64,000 nucleotides of DNA, from assembly GCA_043228905.1 (NCBI GenBank), contig JBHGNT010000018.1, forward strand, positions 13,392,001-13,456,000, in the 5' to 3' direction. Made by a program: the position numbers and the translations under genes. The DNA comes from Azolla caroliniana (taxonomy: Eukaryota; Plantae; Polypodiophyta). Positions within the stretch are counted from its first letter, which is position 1. Every line of letters starts with the position of its first letter. The notes beneath the pieces were generated by a model that saw only the letters and a list, made by a program, of their open reading frames with translations, searched no databases and had not been told where the DNA came from. Shown piece by piece: positions 14,030-27,000 of the stretch.

Positions 14030-17000
14030 AACGATCGGCGGCCACACATTTCGCATCTCGGCAGTAGTGCTACAACTACCGGCACAAGGAGTTCACCCAC
14101 TATTGTTGGGGCGGCCGTGGTTGAAAACGGCGCACATTAAAAAAAACTGGAGGAAGAATAAATTACCTTCCGGCGGGGAAAAGCAAAAGTACGGGTACCG
14201 ACACAACCACGGACAGGTATCGGGAAGGAATTGACACCCCTATATGCCGAATGCGTCAATATGCTGGACGGATTAGTAGACGAAGAGGTAGATCAATACT
14301 TGCAGGATAATCCGAAAATCGTACCTCTATTCGAAATCGACGTAGCCGAAACCGTATCACCATACATACTGCCACCGAACGGAGCCGACGAGGAACCAAA
14401 TAAAGAAGTGATCCGGGAGCTACGACAAGCACAGGAGGCGCTGGAAAGAGAAATGGTCATATCGCAACGGGTTAAAGCATCCCAACTAGAGGAGGTGAAT
14501 CTAGGAACTACGGAAGAGGCGAGAGTGGTGTACATCGCCAAGGAAATGACTGCGGAGAATAAAACGGCGATGATTACACTTCTCAAAGAATTTCGAGACG
14601 TGTTTGCCTGGTCTTACGAGGATATGCGAGGGCTCGATCCTCAGCTATATCAGCATCAGATACATTTGAGCAAAGACGCCAAACTGGTAGCACAGCGACG
14701 GTACCGGATGAATCCAAATTACGCCGCCAAAGTCAAGGAGAAAATCGACAAGTTGCTGAGGGTTGGCTTTATCCGCCCAGTAAAGAAATCTACATGGATG
14801 AGCCCGATAGTAGTCGTACCAAAGAAAAACGGCAAAATTAGAGTTTGTGTTGACTACCGTAAGCTTAACGCGGCAACGGTAACAAATGCATTCCCATGAG
14901 GTATATAGTTTGGATGCAGTCGCCGGCCATGAGTTATACAGTTTCTTAGATGGATTCAGCGGATACAACTAGATCCGGATGCACCCCGATGACCAGGAGA
15001 AAACAGCTTTCGTCACCGAATGGCGAGTGTTTGTTGCCGTAGTAATGATGTTCGGACTAGAAAGGGCGCCAACAACATTCAAGAGGATCATCATGGAAAT
15101 ATTCGGAGAATTCATACCGGCATTCATGTAGGTGTTTCTGGATGACTTCGCCGTCTATAGCCAAGAAGGGGATCACTTTCAGCACCTCCGGCTATGTCTA
15201 GAGAAATGTCGGGCTTACCGGCTAAGCTTGAATCCGGCAAAATGTGTATTCGGAGTGTCAAGCGGGGCGCTATTAGGACACATTGTGAGCAAGGAAGGAA
15301 TTGCCGTGGACCCGGACAAAGTAAAAGCAATCTTGGAGGCACCGGCACCGGCACCAACATCGGCCAAGGCATTAAGCCGTTTCTTAGGCCAAATCCGGTG
15401 GCATAGCCGAATGCTCTGGTATCTAGCGGACCTGGCTACACTGCTGCATGTTGCGGTACACCGAACATCATTCCAGTGGACCGACACCGAAGACAAGGCG
15501 TACCGGGCACTCAAAGTACTATTATCGCAAGTGCCGGTAGTGCAACCCCCAAATTGGGCTAAGGAGTTTCATGTGTTCGTGGATGCGTCCGACATTGCAA
15601 TCGGAAGTGCGCTGATGCAACTTACGGAGCCAAGGTGGTACCGGCCTGTATATTACGCAAGCCGAAAGTTATCCCAAGCAGAACGAAATTATTCCACCAT
15701 GGAAAGGGCAGCTTTGGGCATGATCTATAGCGTGACAAAGTTCAGACATTATTTTTTGGGAAGGAAATTTTCCTTCCACGTAGATTATTCGGCACTCCTC
15801 TATTTAGTTTCCAAAGCTTCACTAACCAGTAAGTTGGCACAGTGGACGTTACTGTTGCAGGAATTTGAGTTCGAAATATTCCACCGACTTGACATACAGC
15901 ACGTAGTAGCAGACTATTTGAGCCGATTAGATTCCGGCGAGACTGGTGATGGAGTCCCAGACGAGTTTCCGGATGCTGAGCTATTTCGGGTCACCGCGAA
16001 AACGGCAACAAATGAAATGGTGGCACAAGAAGATAAGTGGCTGACAAATATGCAACAATTTCTGAGCACCGGATTGCCTTCAGACGAGATGAACCGAGAC
16101 GAGAGGAAATGCCTGGCGGTACAAAGCCGGCACTTCTGTTTTGTACGGGACACGCTATACCACAAAGGCGCGGATGGTATATGGCGACGAGCGGTGCGCA
16201 GCGACGAGAAGGATATAATACTACAAGAAGCACACTGCGGAGTCGCCGGAGGTCATTACGCCGAAGATGCTACGGCAAGGAAGATATGGCAAAGTGGCCT
16301 ATGGTGGCCGACAACATTGAAAGATGCGGTCCGGTACGCTAAAGAATGTGATCCATGTCAGCGAATGGGCCAGCCAACCGAACAAGCTAGGATGTCGCAC
16401 CAGCCGGTACTACCGTTAGAACCATTTCCGAAATGGGGGCTGGACTTTGTGGGTCCATTCAAACCACTGGCAATGAGAACCGGCAACTAGTATGTGATCG
16501 TAGCTACGGATTATTGCACGAAATGGGTAGAAGCCAAAGCCTTGCGTGACAACACCGCGGCGTCGACGGCGAAATTCTTGTATGAATACATCTGGTGCAG
16601 GTATGGATGCCCGATTGAGCTAATAAGTGACCAAGGAGGGCACTTCCTCGGCCAAGTGGTGGAAAGCTTGACGTCGTTCTATGCCGTGGTGCATAAACGG
16701 AGCACGCCATACTATCCGCAAGCAAACGGGTTAACCGAGTCGACGAACAAAACGCTATAGAATATCCTTCGGAAAATCGTCAACGAAAACGAGACAGACT
16801 GGGATACAAAATTGCACAGCGCACTCTAGGCTTACCAAACAACCTACAAAACAAGCATCCAAACCACACCGTTCCGGCTAGCATTCGGATTGGAGGCCGT
16901 CATGCCGGTAGAGTTCTAGGTCCCGAGCTTGCAGAGTTAGATTAGGGAACGGTTAAACGAAAAGGAATCGGAGGCAATTCGGTTAGCAGCTCTGTGTGAA

Positions 17001-17507
17001 CTAGAAGAGCACCGACTAGCAAGTATCATGCACCTGGAACTGGAGCAGCGGCGAAGAAAGGTGTTTGTGGATTGCCACCGAAAAGGAAATGAAAAGATGT
17101 TTGGAATCGGCAAGCCGGTACTAGTGTTCCAGACCCAGATGGGAAAGATGTCGGGGAAACTACGGTTTCGGTGGACCGGACCGTACTGGATTACACGTGA
17201 GTTCAATGGATCCTACCAGTTAGGGACACTTGCCGGCGAAATCTTGGGTAAGTGGGTCAACGGATTTCGACTAAAGCCATACAAGGGACCCATGCCGAGG
17301 AACCCATTTGAACAAGGAAAGGCCGATGACGAACCAGATACCGGAATACAAGAAACAACGGCAACACGATTAGCAATCGGCAACAACGAAGCCGGTAAGG
17401 GGGACAAAGAGCTGGCACACGGGTTGGATAAGAGGACGGCAAACCGTCACGAGTACAGCAAGATTCCTCATTCGGGTAAGGGTTCGTTAGGACCGGAGAC
17501 GAATTAA
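14030..17507 (+). pseudogene. pol: pol of B (end of PR, RT, RNase H, integrase; no chromodomain)
   Basis: SPIVVVPKKNGKIRVCVDYRKLN, FLDD, DASDIAIG, HHCC zinc finger, DQGGHF, GPY module. Confidence 0.93.
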
Positions 17508-17529
17508 CATAACAATTGATAATCAAAAA

Positions 17530-17561
<32 letters not shown>

Positions 17562-17586
17562 AAAATCAAATAAAATCAAAGAAATC

Positions 17587-20500
17587 ATGCAAAGGAGTGG
17601 TGGGAACAACCACGCAAACGAAGAGTAAAGAGGCACTTCGAAAAGGTACGAGGAGGCTATGAATAGGGCATTAAAACACCGCGACATGGCACGTAATGCT
17701 ATTATAGTACACGACCTGCACATGCGTAGGCTCAAAAAAGGCGCCAAGATGCAGAGAGAAAACACCCCCCGCATCGAGACCTTCTTCTTTCGCGAACCAA
17801 GGAGCACAGACGCACACAGGCGCTTGAAGATCATCAGAAGAGAGCCAACACACACAAAGCTTCCTCATACACAACCCTCATCGACGTTGTCCGACCTCGA
17901 TGCAGAAGACATGGACTGCCAGACTCTCTCTGAGGCCACCAAGAAATGGCTATGACAACACGGATTGGAGGGGTTCCTAACAATCATGGACGCACCACCA
18001 CACAAAGAAGCCAACAAGATCATCAAAGAAATTGACACCGAGCTGATCACGGAGGAAGCGATCCATGCACTAACAGGCCTTCCGGAGGGGGGCATTTGTA
18101 CTATTGACAACCCTACCTCCGAACGGCTCATCAAATACTTCGGTGAATATTCTCTTGCCAGCAAGGGCTACAAGACACAGGGCAGAGAAGATATGTTATT
18201 CCGAGAAATTGCCCGTGTACTCCATGAGTTAGGCAACGTATACCCTCGACCTCCCGTTATGCCTCAGAACCGAGCAGGCTTGATCATCGCAACATACGAA
18301 GGGGTCAAGGTGGATTGGCCGGTGCTGATCGTCGACAGATTGTGTGCAGCTATTGACACCGTAAGAGGTAAGGAAGCCAAAGAAGGCCGGAAAATATGGC
18401 ATGCGGTGGCGCAATGGCTCACCCTATTGGCACCACCTGTCGAGCTCGTCCAGACAAAGAAACGGGGAAGAGTAACGGACGGCACCCCGAAAGCTGCTTC
18501 AAAACGACAGTATTTGTTGGCCACCAAGACCACTAAGGGGAAGACAACCAACATGGAGTAGGCGGCGAAGGAGCGGGCCATCCGGAAGCAACCGATAGAC
18601 AAGCGGGAGGAGACACCGGAACGACCCTTGAAGAACACACTCCGCCGACTAGTGCAGTAAGAAACGGACACCCTAGCGGCAAGAATGAATGTCGGGACTC
18701 ATGAGGAGGAAACGGAGGAAGAACGTACGGAGCACCTCCAATGGCGGCCAAAGACGAGCACCGCAGAATCAGCCGGGAAGCGTTCGAACCCACAGAAGGA
18801 TGGAACGCCTTTACCCCACACTGAGAATCCCACGCCAAGGGAGGAACCAGAACCGGTTCGAAAGGAACCGGTCTCCGAAGTGCCTGCACAACAGGAAATA
18901 CCGGCAAGCCCCGAAATGCAAGCGCCGGCAAGGCATGTGCCACCTTCCTCAGCCGGCCAAGAACAAGCCGAAACACAACCGGAACCCGAACGGCAAAGTG
19001 GTCAGCAGGCAGAGCAGGAAGTGCAGCTCGACGCAGTTAGGCGGGACCGGCCACTGGCAAGTGAACCCATCAACCAACCCTCCGTGCTGACACAACAACA
19101 GGGTACCGGCAGCCAATGTCTCCGATGGATAGGAGAGCAGGTTGCCGGAGTGATACTGTATGTAGAGGCTGAAGAACGAGCGCAGATGGAACGGTTGCTA
19201 GTCACAATCGATGAACTAGAGACGACCCGGTCAAGGATCCAGTGCCTTGAACAAGACTTGGATTAGGTCACAGAAGACATGGCCAAAATGGCCTTAACCG
19301 CAACACAGATCCAAGCACCGGTGACTCCGGTGGATGTACAGAATAAAGAAACAACCACGCCTGTACATATGAATAAGACCCTGGAGACAGAAACCGTCCC
19401 GGAGAAAGATGCGGCGCAAGCCCAAGAGCTTGCCGAATTAAGGGACGAACTTGCCGCACAAGCAACACTACGGAGCCGCGAACGAGATTTGAAGAAAGAG
19501 GCAGAAGAGGAGTTAAGGAAGACTGTTGAAAACCTTCATCGGGCAAAAGAAAATCTGCAGAAAGGACATCAAGCTTACGACCGGCTAAAGGAGGAAAAAG
19601 AAAAATTGTTGCAGGAGAAGGACAAGCTGCGACGAATGGCGGAAACAGAAATCGAAAGGCTGAAAGAAGAACTTCGTCAACAAAAGGACCGGGAAGACTG
19701 CGCTCGCCGACAAATCAACCAGAGGCTGAAGCAGAAGACAAAGGACTTCGACCACCTGCACCGGAACTTTAAGAGCTTGGACACGGAGTATAAGCAATAG
19801 CAGGAAAGGATGGCCAAGCTCCGACAGGAAGTTGATAGGGCCACAACGACACTCGCCGACGAACAGGCTGAGAATACAAAGCTATTGGAGGAAGTGGCGA
19901 GGGACCGAATGGAGCTCTACAAGCAGCACAATGAAGAAAAGGAGAGGGTGACAATGGTGTTACAAAGGTTGCAAACAACCTATCAGAGTCAATTGTCGCA
20001 TTATAGGGAGCAGGAGGAATCATCAAGCAATTGAAAGAGGAGCGACAAGCCGCGGAGAACAAATCACAAATGGGAATGGAACGGATCTAGTGCATCCTCC
20101 GGTCATGGCTAAACAAGACCAAATGCTTGATTGACGAGAGCTCCATGCGATGGTGAATGAAATGGGCGCAGAATACGGCTGAACTCCAGTTGCTCAGGGC
20201 GGACGCCGAAAACCGCCGGAAGGAAGGTGACAACTATTACATGCTCACATCGGAGGACTTCACCGCCATAAAGGATCAGCTGGCAGAAGATTTCACAGCT
20301 CTGGCGGATGAGCAATTGGTGCAGGTCCAGCAACTCATAGCTCAATTGGACGACGATCGGATGGATGCTCAAATGCAGTTTGAGAGCTATCAGCGATCCC
20401 GGCTTAGGGAAGAAAAAGCAAGGCAGGCGGCAATGGTCAACCTCAGTGATGAGGAACCGTCGCCGGTACAAGGACCAGACGGAGACCAGGCCGGGGTAAG

Positions 20501-20708
20501 TCAACCAGAGACAGCTCCGACGGAGGAAACAACGAAGGAAACGCTGATGCCAGAGAAACCATCGGACCGGCAGTCAGAGTCGGAGCCACAAACGGAGAAG
20601 CAACCCCAGCCACAATCGGAGCTGCCAAATCAACAGCAACAGCAGCCACCCGTAGAACCACTGGAGACCCTAGAGCAAAGCATCCTGGATATCTTGAACG
20701 AAGAGTAA
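17587..20708 (+). pseudogene. Extra sense ORF of B downstream of pol (~1000 aa: globular N-terminus, P/E/Q-rich linker, long coiled coil)
   Basis: ORFs starting at 17659, 17965, 18685, 19279 and 19810 share one frame, separated only by TAA/TAG/TGA; one frameshift near 20030; preceded by an (aaat)n spacer. Confidence 0.8.
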
Positions 20709-20760
20709 GGGGTCGGTGTGGGATTCGACGTACAAGGTATTGTCCCACGAGCGTGCCATG

Positions 20761-21206
20761 TGTTACCCGGCCGACAAAGACCAGGGTGTGAAAAGGGGAA
20801 TTGTTATTTAGGAATCTATTGAAATTACTAGTCTTAATATATAGATTAATATATGAGAAGATGTGGACGGATGGACCGAAATCGTTATGCCGATCCGGAT
20901 CCGGACCGATCTCGAAAAGGTGCCGGTTGGCACCGTTTTGTACTTCGAACCGGTGACCTATATAAAGGCCCGGTTATAATGTAGTCATTAACGGAGAGTA
21001 ATATAAACCTTTTGTTTAATCATTGAGTATTGTTCACCGTTCTCTGCTTATTGTATATCTTACGCGTGTTAATGATGTATTGCTAAGTAACCGATTAAGG
21101 TCCAATTAAGCGTTGTGTCATAAGTTATCTCGCCATAACACCCTTTGGTGAAGTGTCTTAAGTGGACACCCTGTGTTAGGTTGATGTCCGGCCCTAAGGA
21201 TTAACA
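20761..21206 (+). repeat. 3' LTR of B
   Basis: Copy of 6001-6435, followed by TSD catcc. Confidence 0.95.
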
Positions 21207-21211
21207 CATCC

Positions 21212-21804
21212 CAAGGGATGTCACATGCCAAGAGACGGAAACCGGTTGCGTAGGCTGAAGCGGGACGATCTCCTTGTCGGAGTCTTGGAATCTTGTTTAT
21301 TTCCATCCTAATGCTATTGGTGTCTCCAAAACTAGCTTGAAACTCTTTAACGAATGCCTCGAAATACTCCAACAATGGTGATCTCTTCTCTAGAAGTGGT
21401 GCAAACCAGGCTAATGTTGTACCGCTTAGCAAGGTTCCTATTAATCCCACATGAGCAGCATCAGTTGGGTACCGATTGGGATGTAACTAAATCACCAAAT
21501 GGACTTGATTCAGGGAACCTCGAAACAAAGATCGGGTACCATCAAACTTGGCAGGGAGGCTAATCTTTGGTTCCCTTAAGGAGTTTTGAACCCCCGCCGC
21601 TTGTTCTCGTAAGGCTAATATAGTAGCCTCGAATTGATGAACCCGTTGTGATAACTCCTCATATTGATGAGCTTTTTCGGTACTCACTTGTTGTAAATCC
21701 CCGAGTAGCCTTTGATTTTCTTGCTCTAATGCCACAAACTTAGTCGTGAGCATGTCGAGCTCAGAAAGGACACACATATACTCTTGCTTGCTGGCGGATT
21801 CCAT
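21212..21804 (-). pseudogene. gag: gag of A (N-terminal part)
   Basis: EPKISLPAKFDG and TLLSGTTLAWFAPLLEK are retrotransposon gag motifs homologous to D gag. Confidence 0.85.
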
Positions 21805-21888
21805 AACTGAGGGGGAAAAAGAATGAAGGGAAAAGAAAAAAGCTTGCTAGGGTTATTGGAAAAGGAAACAGAAATATTCGATTCAAAT

Positions 21889-21965
21889 TGTCAAGACTCA
21901 TAGGTAGGAGATAGAGCAAGAGTGAGAGCAATAACAAAAGAGAGAGGGTGTGTGTGTGTGTGTGC

Positions 21966-21996
<31 letters not shown>

Positions 21997-22604
21997 TGAG
22001 ATACATAGATAGATAGATTATATTATCGTCTTCGGAGGTCAAATATGACCTATGAGACCAAAAATATTACATTTCACGTGATACATGTGAAAGTGAGTAG
22101 TGACTCTCGATGTTCAAGAACTTTACCAATGAATGTTGCAATCGACAGTGCACATTGTGGTTGTGAGAGGAATTCATGGAAAGATTGGGCTCAATCGAAG
22201 AGATGTGGAAAGCATGGAGGAAAGAGATAAGACTTGAAATAGAAATGAGATTATATTATGAGGAAACAAGATTACACTGAGTAGGCTAAGGGCTAAAGAC
22301 TGGTATTGAACCGAATGAGTTGAAATGAATGTAAGGACACTTATTTATAGATCCTTATGGAGTATTCTAGAATGTCCTAGAATATTTTAGATATTTATGA
22401 TAAGAAATATAATCATGAAATATTAAAGGATGTTCTAGAATAATCTAGAATGTTCTAGAATATTCTAAATATCCCGTAATAACTAAAAATATAATTATTA
22501 TAATCACACAACATATATGTTATTATAATGGTTAAGGGTTCAACACAGAGACCAAGAAGTCGTGGGTTCGATTCTTGATAAGCCAAAATGTTGTCTTCAT
22601 GACA
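21889..22604 (-). repeat. 5' LTR of A, with a ~210-bp foreign insert at ~22012-22222
   Basis: Matches 1838-2323 except for the insert. Confidence 0.9.
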
Positions 22605-23975
22605 AGTACAAGCAAAGATGAACGCACAAGGGGACGATAACACAAATACGAATGCCTGTACCTCTTTATGAGGAGGAGAGGTGCATGGGCACGCCCGAAC
22701 GCTCCCTCATCACAAGACACCGAACGTACAAGGAAAAGGACGAGAATACAAACACAAAGGCTCATACGTCTTTATGAGGAGAATACAAACGCAAATGCTC
22801 GTATGTCTTTATCAAGAGGAGGGGTGCATGGGCACGCCCGAACGCTCCTTTGTCACAAGACGGCTGAACGTACAAGGAAGACACAAAACACACGCACAAA
22901 TGCTCGTACTCCTTTATGAGGAGGAGAGGTGCATGGGAACACCCGAAACACTCCCTCCTCACAAGACGGCCGAACGTACAAGGAAGACACAAACACACGC
23001 ACAAATGCTCATACACCTTTATGAGGAGGAGAGGTGCATGGGCACGCCTGAAACGCTCCCTTGTCACAAGACGGCTGAACGTACAAGGGGACGAGAACAA
23101 AGAAAGAAAGAAAGAAAAACACGAATGATATTGGCTAAAGAAATAAATATGTGTTCGATTCCAACGCAAGAGGGCCCTTTATAAAATAGGGTTTGATTAC
23201 AATGTGGCAACTTCTAGTTAACCACAAGCTCAATAAAACATAAATACTAAATGCCCTTAGAGACAAAAGCATATCCGAACACGGAGCACGAACACGAAGA
23301 AGATGAACAAACGAGCACCACAAATATGCCGACCCCAACGAATCACGACCACCCGAACGGCGAGCATACGGGCTTGCAACGACGAACGGGGACAAAGCAA
23401 CATCGAACCAACGAAGCTCGGGCTCACAAGCACTGTAAACGAGCACTTTGAGTGCCAATGCATGTGGCGATGAGGGGATGAAGGGGTATGAGATAAAGAG
23501 AAATGGTGAAGATGAAGATGAAGAGCTCTGAAGGAAAAATGGCGATAGTGTCCTCCTCACATAACGTCCTTCTAAATGAGCCCCCCTCGACCTCCTTTTA
23601 TAGGAAAAAAAGGAAGGGGGGTCGCCAATTTTGTCTTCAATGCAAAAGGAATAAAATTCCTTAAATCACATTGCATTGTAAGACCAAATTTGAACCGTTC
23701 ACCTCTACCTAGATGTCAATGTGACTATCCACTAGTCCATTAACTCTCTCTAATAAAATATATAATTATATATCTACTAATTCATAACCTGTCTCCTCTC
23801 TACTTTTTATCTCTCCTCTCTCTTACCTTTTACACGAGCTTCTATACGTCTTTCCCACCCTTTCTTTTCCCTTTTCTTTTGCATGTGCACAATTAATTGC
23901 CTTTGTGTGCACATGCACTTTTTGACCCCTCCTTTCACAGATTTTTCCCACACTCAAGCACGCGACATCATGACA
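22605..23975 (-). repeat. Main part of the 3' LTR of C, containing four ~120-bp tandem units (~22640-23095)
   Basis: Starts tgtcatgatgtcgcg on the minus strand right after the PPT. The unit ctttatgaggaggagaggtgcatgggcacgcccgaacgctcc...cacaagacggctgaacgtacaagg is repeated. Confidence 0.75.
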
Positions 23976-24035
23976 TCCACCCCCACCAAACCGCACATCC
24001 TCCGATATGTGCCAAGAATGGCGGGTTGAGGGTGG

Positions 24036-27000
24036 TCAATAGTTCATTTCCTCCTCATTGACCCCATGGCTTGTTGTTTGCTTGCCTTTATCTTCATCAA
24101 GGTCATCGAGGTTTGGGTCCCTATTGTGTCGCTTTTTGAAGATTTTGACCCGCTTCCCTGCTATTGGTACTACCAGCTTAGACCCATCGAGTTCAGCGAG
24201 GTGGTAGGTGGCATTATCGTTTGCATTCGTTACCATGTACAACCCAAACCATCGCTTTGCGAATTTCCACATCGAGCTATGTTGATTGTCGAGACTACTA
24301 TCATACACAATCACTCAATCTCCTTCTTCGATCTTTCGAGGGCGTAGTCGGTGTGTCTTGTCGAACCAGGCTTTGTTACTTAGCCTAGCCGCTTCTAACC
24401 TCTTCTTTGCCAACTCCAAGTCTTCGGGCTTCTCTCAAGTTTTCTTATCCTTGTTGCTAGAAGCTCTTCTCGACTCATCTTATTTTCCCATGGCATCGCT
24501 ACCCATGACGCGATCGTGTCTTCAATGGGCATCACCGGCTTTTGTCTGTACACAAGTTCAGCTAGCATGAAAACTATAATTGAGATGTGAGTTGTTTTGT
24601 TGGCCCACAAGGCATAAGGTAGTAACCGAGGCCAGTTCCCGACTTGCCCATCACAGGCTCTTATAATGGCTTTTACGATAGGCTCGTGTCCGCGTTCTAT
24701 CTTTCCATTAGCCTCCGGGTTGTAAGTGGTCGTGAGAGAGAGCTTCACTCTAGGTCAGTCAAAGAGCTCTGTAGCTTCGTGAGCATTCAACTCTTCTCTA
24801 TCGGCCACTATCTTTCCCACACATTTGTACTGGAGATGACATCTTCGAGTAAGAATTTACACACCCTCGTTGTTGTTTTGTTTGCTAAGGCTCACCCTTC
24901 TACTTGGTTTGTTAGGTCTTCTCTTGCGAGCACCAAATATTTCATTTGGCCCACTCCCATCGGCATTGAAACCAAATCCACCATCCATTTGAAGTGTATA
25001 GTGAGTGGGTAGGCTGGGTGCAACTCGTCCCAGTGGCGTATGTTTGAGTGTATCTAGCAGCTTTCACATGTGCCCACGAAATGGGTGATATCCTTGTACA
25101 TTCCCGACCACCAATATTTCTCCTTTAACTTCTCGAATGTTGCCCACGTTCCTCTATGTCCCGCCTAAGAACTCTCGTGGAACTCAAACACCAATGTTGT
25201 CTAGTCCTCTTCCTTTATGACCACTCCTTGTGGTGTCCTTGTCCTTCTCTTCGGGTGCATCCAAAGGAATCCCCCTTGTAGGAAGTACTTGTACTCTTTC
25301 TTTCAGACTCTCTATCCTTCCTCCTTCGACCATAAACTATCCACCGTCATTGAGCTTAAGAACTTCCCAATGTGTAGCAATTCCCCATCATATTCACTTT
25401 CATTGAAGGCGTGGAATACTCGCACATCTCGATCATTTATAGACACTTGGCCCGTCTTAAAGAAGTCAAGAGAGACATCATCATCTTCAGACACCATGTC
25501 ACTTTTGCCCTCAAATCTTGCCCTCGATAGCATATTTGCCATGGCATTGTTCTTCCCTGAAACGTGGTGAATCTCCGGGTTCATTAATTTGATGTAAGAA
25601 ATCCATCTTATCATAGCTAAGTCAGGTGTTGCACATCCCGAAACCATCCCGAAGGCAATCCGTCTCTATTACCACCTCTGACCCGATTAGGTAATCTTTA
25701 TCCTCCTTCACTGCGGACACAATACCCCAAAGCTCACGTTTTACTTTGGCGTATCCTCGTTGTCGCTCCAAACCGGATGGCATAGCGTGCACCATCCTCT
25801 CCTTCTTGGTTGATGACCCATCCGATCCCTATTGGACTCGTATTTACCATGACGGTACTTAGGCACCCCTTCCTTGTATACTGCTTTTCGTAAAGCTGGT
25901 GCTGCTACCAACATTCTTTTGAGCCTCTTCATTGCCTCTATGTGCTCTTCCTCCCACTTGAACTTCCGCCTAGTAATGGGCGCAGTTAACAATCGGCAAC
26001 GGTTCAGTTTGAACCGAACCGAACCACAAAATCGGGGTTTAACGGCTTAACATATTGAACGGTTCGGTTTGGTTTCAACTGCAAAAAAACGTGGTTTAAA
26101 CGGTTTCTATTTTTTAAATGGTTTAACGGTCCAATAATTCTAAAAAAAATTTAAAATTGTTTTTTAACAATCTTTTCATTTTTACACCTTATTCTCACAT
26201 TTTAGGAACATCTTAAAAATTTTAAAAATTCAAAATAATGAAATATTATAATTTTTAAAAATTAAAATTTGACCTATGTTGCAAACAGAAACCGAACCAC
26301 GAAACCGCAGTTTGTATGGTTTAATGGTTTAATGGTTTAACGGTTTGGTACAGTTTGGTTCAGGTTTCAAAAAATTTAAACGGTTCGGTTTGGGCCCTCT
26401 CAAACCGAACCGAACCATTGCCGATTGTTAGGCGTGGTTCGGTTCGGTTTCCTGACCTTGAAACCAAACCAAACCATTTATTTATATTAAAATCCAAACC
26501 AAACTGTTTAAATTTTATGAAGCCATTTAAACCGAACTGTTTAAACAAAACCGTTTATGAAAATTTTAGAACCAAACCAAATCGGTTTATCATAAATCAA
26601 AACCAAACCAAATTTATAAACCGATAAACCTATAAACCTTTAAACCTTCAAAAAAATTTAACCTTTAAACTAAACCACATAAGCTGAAACCCCTAAACCG
26701 TTAAACCGTGAAATTCAAAACCGAACCAAACCGAAACCAAACCGGATCATAATATTTGAAACCAAACCAAATGGTTTATTTATCTTTAAGCCAATAAACT
26801 GTTAAGCCATGGCTTAACGGTTTGGTTTTGTTTGAGCCAAAACCGTGCCCATTGCTACTTCTGCCCCTTCTTGAGTAGCACATAGAAGGGCTCGGCTAGG
26901 TGAGCGTAGTGTGGGAACCAGATGTGGTAGAATGCACAGGCACCAAGAAATCACCTCACCTCGGTTTGCGATTTACATTCTTCCCTCATGTCTGTGATGG

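Larger units (their letters stand above)
6001..21206 (+). mobile_element. Ty3/gypsy non-chromovirus element B (Athila/Tat/Selgy-like) with a large extra ORF, inserted in gag of A
   Basis: LTRs at 6001-6435 and 20761-21206 (tgtta...taaca); perfect 5-bp TSD catcc. Confidence 0.93.
1838..22604 (-). mobile_element. Chromovirus (Tcn1-like Ty3/gypsy) element A, inserted in the LTR of C
   Basis: LTRs at 1838-2323 and 21889-22604; TSD ggtac/agtac; PPT (aaaggggggataa) at 2324-2336; PR-RT-RH-IN-chromodomain order. Confidence 0.92.

Noticed and set aside
6001-21206. Element B oriented on the minus strand because of the PBS-like site at 20742-20758
   Set aside because: gag, pol, the extra ORF and the LTR TATA are all on the plus strand, and a PBS-like site exists at 6443; kept instead as the PPT-replacement finding.
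22640-23095. Repeat array as a CRISPR, or the 167-aa repetitive ORF as a gene
   Set aside because: The units are whole tandem duplicates with no unique spacers, inside a eukaryotic LTR; the ORF is a by-product of the repeat.
23125-23165. A/B-box pair in the C LTR (tggctaaag...gttcgattcc)
   Set aside because: Spacing is only ~20 nt and the A-box is poor; likely chance.
25971-26857. Telomeric or satellite DNA
   Set aside because: The AAACCG motifs are enclosed by TIRs and an 8-bp TSD, typical of a hAT MITE.
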